Shown here in pieces: positions 63,868 to 64,000 of a DNA stretch of 64,000 nt (position 1 is its first letter; every line of letters begins with the position of its first letter). The notes under the pieces were generated by a model, which saw nothing but the letters and a program-made list of their open reading frames with translations, was not told the origin of the DNA and made no database searches. This stretch comes from a virus. Taxonomy: Duplodnaviria; Caudoviricetes. The DNA lies in the IMG/VR virus record IMGVR_UViG_3300047160_004777, positions 15,007-79,006 of that record, one strand, 5' to 3'. Made by a program: the position numbers and the translations under genes.

Positions 63868-63999
63868 TTAGCGGGTTTCCTCTAGCACCCCAATGACCTC
63901 ACCACCGGGATACTTACGACTCGCTTCGGCATGAGCTTCCATAAGCGAGTTGGCGATCACTTCGTCCTCGACCGTGGTCTTGACGACGACCCGCCACCT
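63868..63999 (-). CDS. 3' fragment of a gene running off the window
   Basis: RWRVVVKTTVEDEVIANSLMEAHAEASRKYPGGEVIGV resembles the C-terminal domain of 58453..59571. Confidence 0.5.
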   Translation of the reverse strand, partial: RWRVVVKTTVEDEVIANSLMEAHAEASRKYPGGEVIGVLEETR

Positions 64000-64000
64000 A

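Noticed and set aside
1-64000. tRNA/rRNA genes, integrase, DNA polymerase
   Set aside because: None recognised by eye in this window; they may lie outside it, and tRNAscan-SE would be needed to exclude tRNAs

Overview
This window is most of the genome of a GC-rich, siphovirus-like tailed phage; the host cannot be determined from the sequence alone. Positions 38 to about 57 kb are mostly one rightward block. It starts with a DNA-hypermodification module (ParB, glycosyltransferase, TET/JBP-like dioxygenase, amino acid:DNA transferase-like protein, P-loop kinase). Next come terminase (with a class 3 intein), portal, head, head-tail and tail genes, a 2742-aa tape measure protein with inserted enzyme-like domains, and a large array of paralogous lectin-like and receptor-binding genes. 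The block ends with lysis genes, a DNA methyltransferase, K+ channel and mini-CorA genes, and a solitary Cas7/RAMP-like gene split by a 282-nt group I intron. From about 57.6 kb to 64 kb is a leftward block of small early-type genes. Three observations stand out. (1) The intron-split Cas7-like gene is followed by a ~330-nt non-coding array with 5-nt periodicity and CGAC-delimited units, a candidate RNA-guided system without a CRISPR array. (2) Two homologous structured insertions sit exactly between a final GCC codon and a stop codon, in the major capsid gene and in another virion gene; one carries an antisense HNH nuclease. (3) The TET/JBP + kinase + transferase module is a candidate post-replicative thymine hypermodification pathway. 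All family assignments come from motif recognition by eye; no database searches were run.
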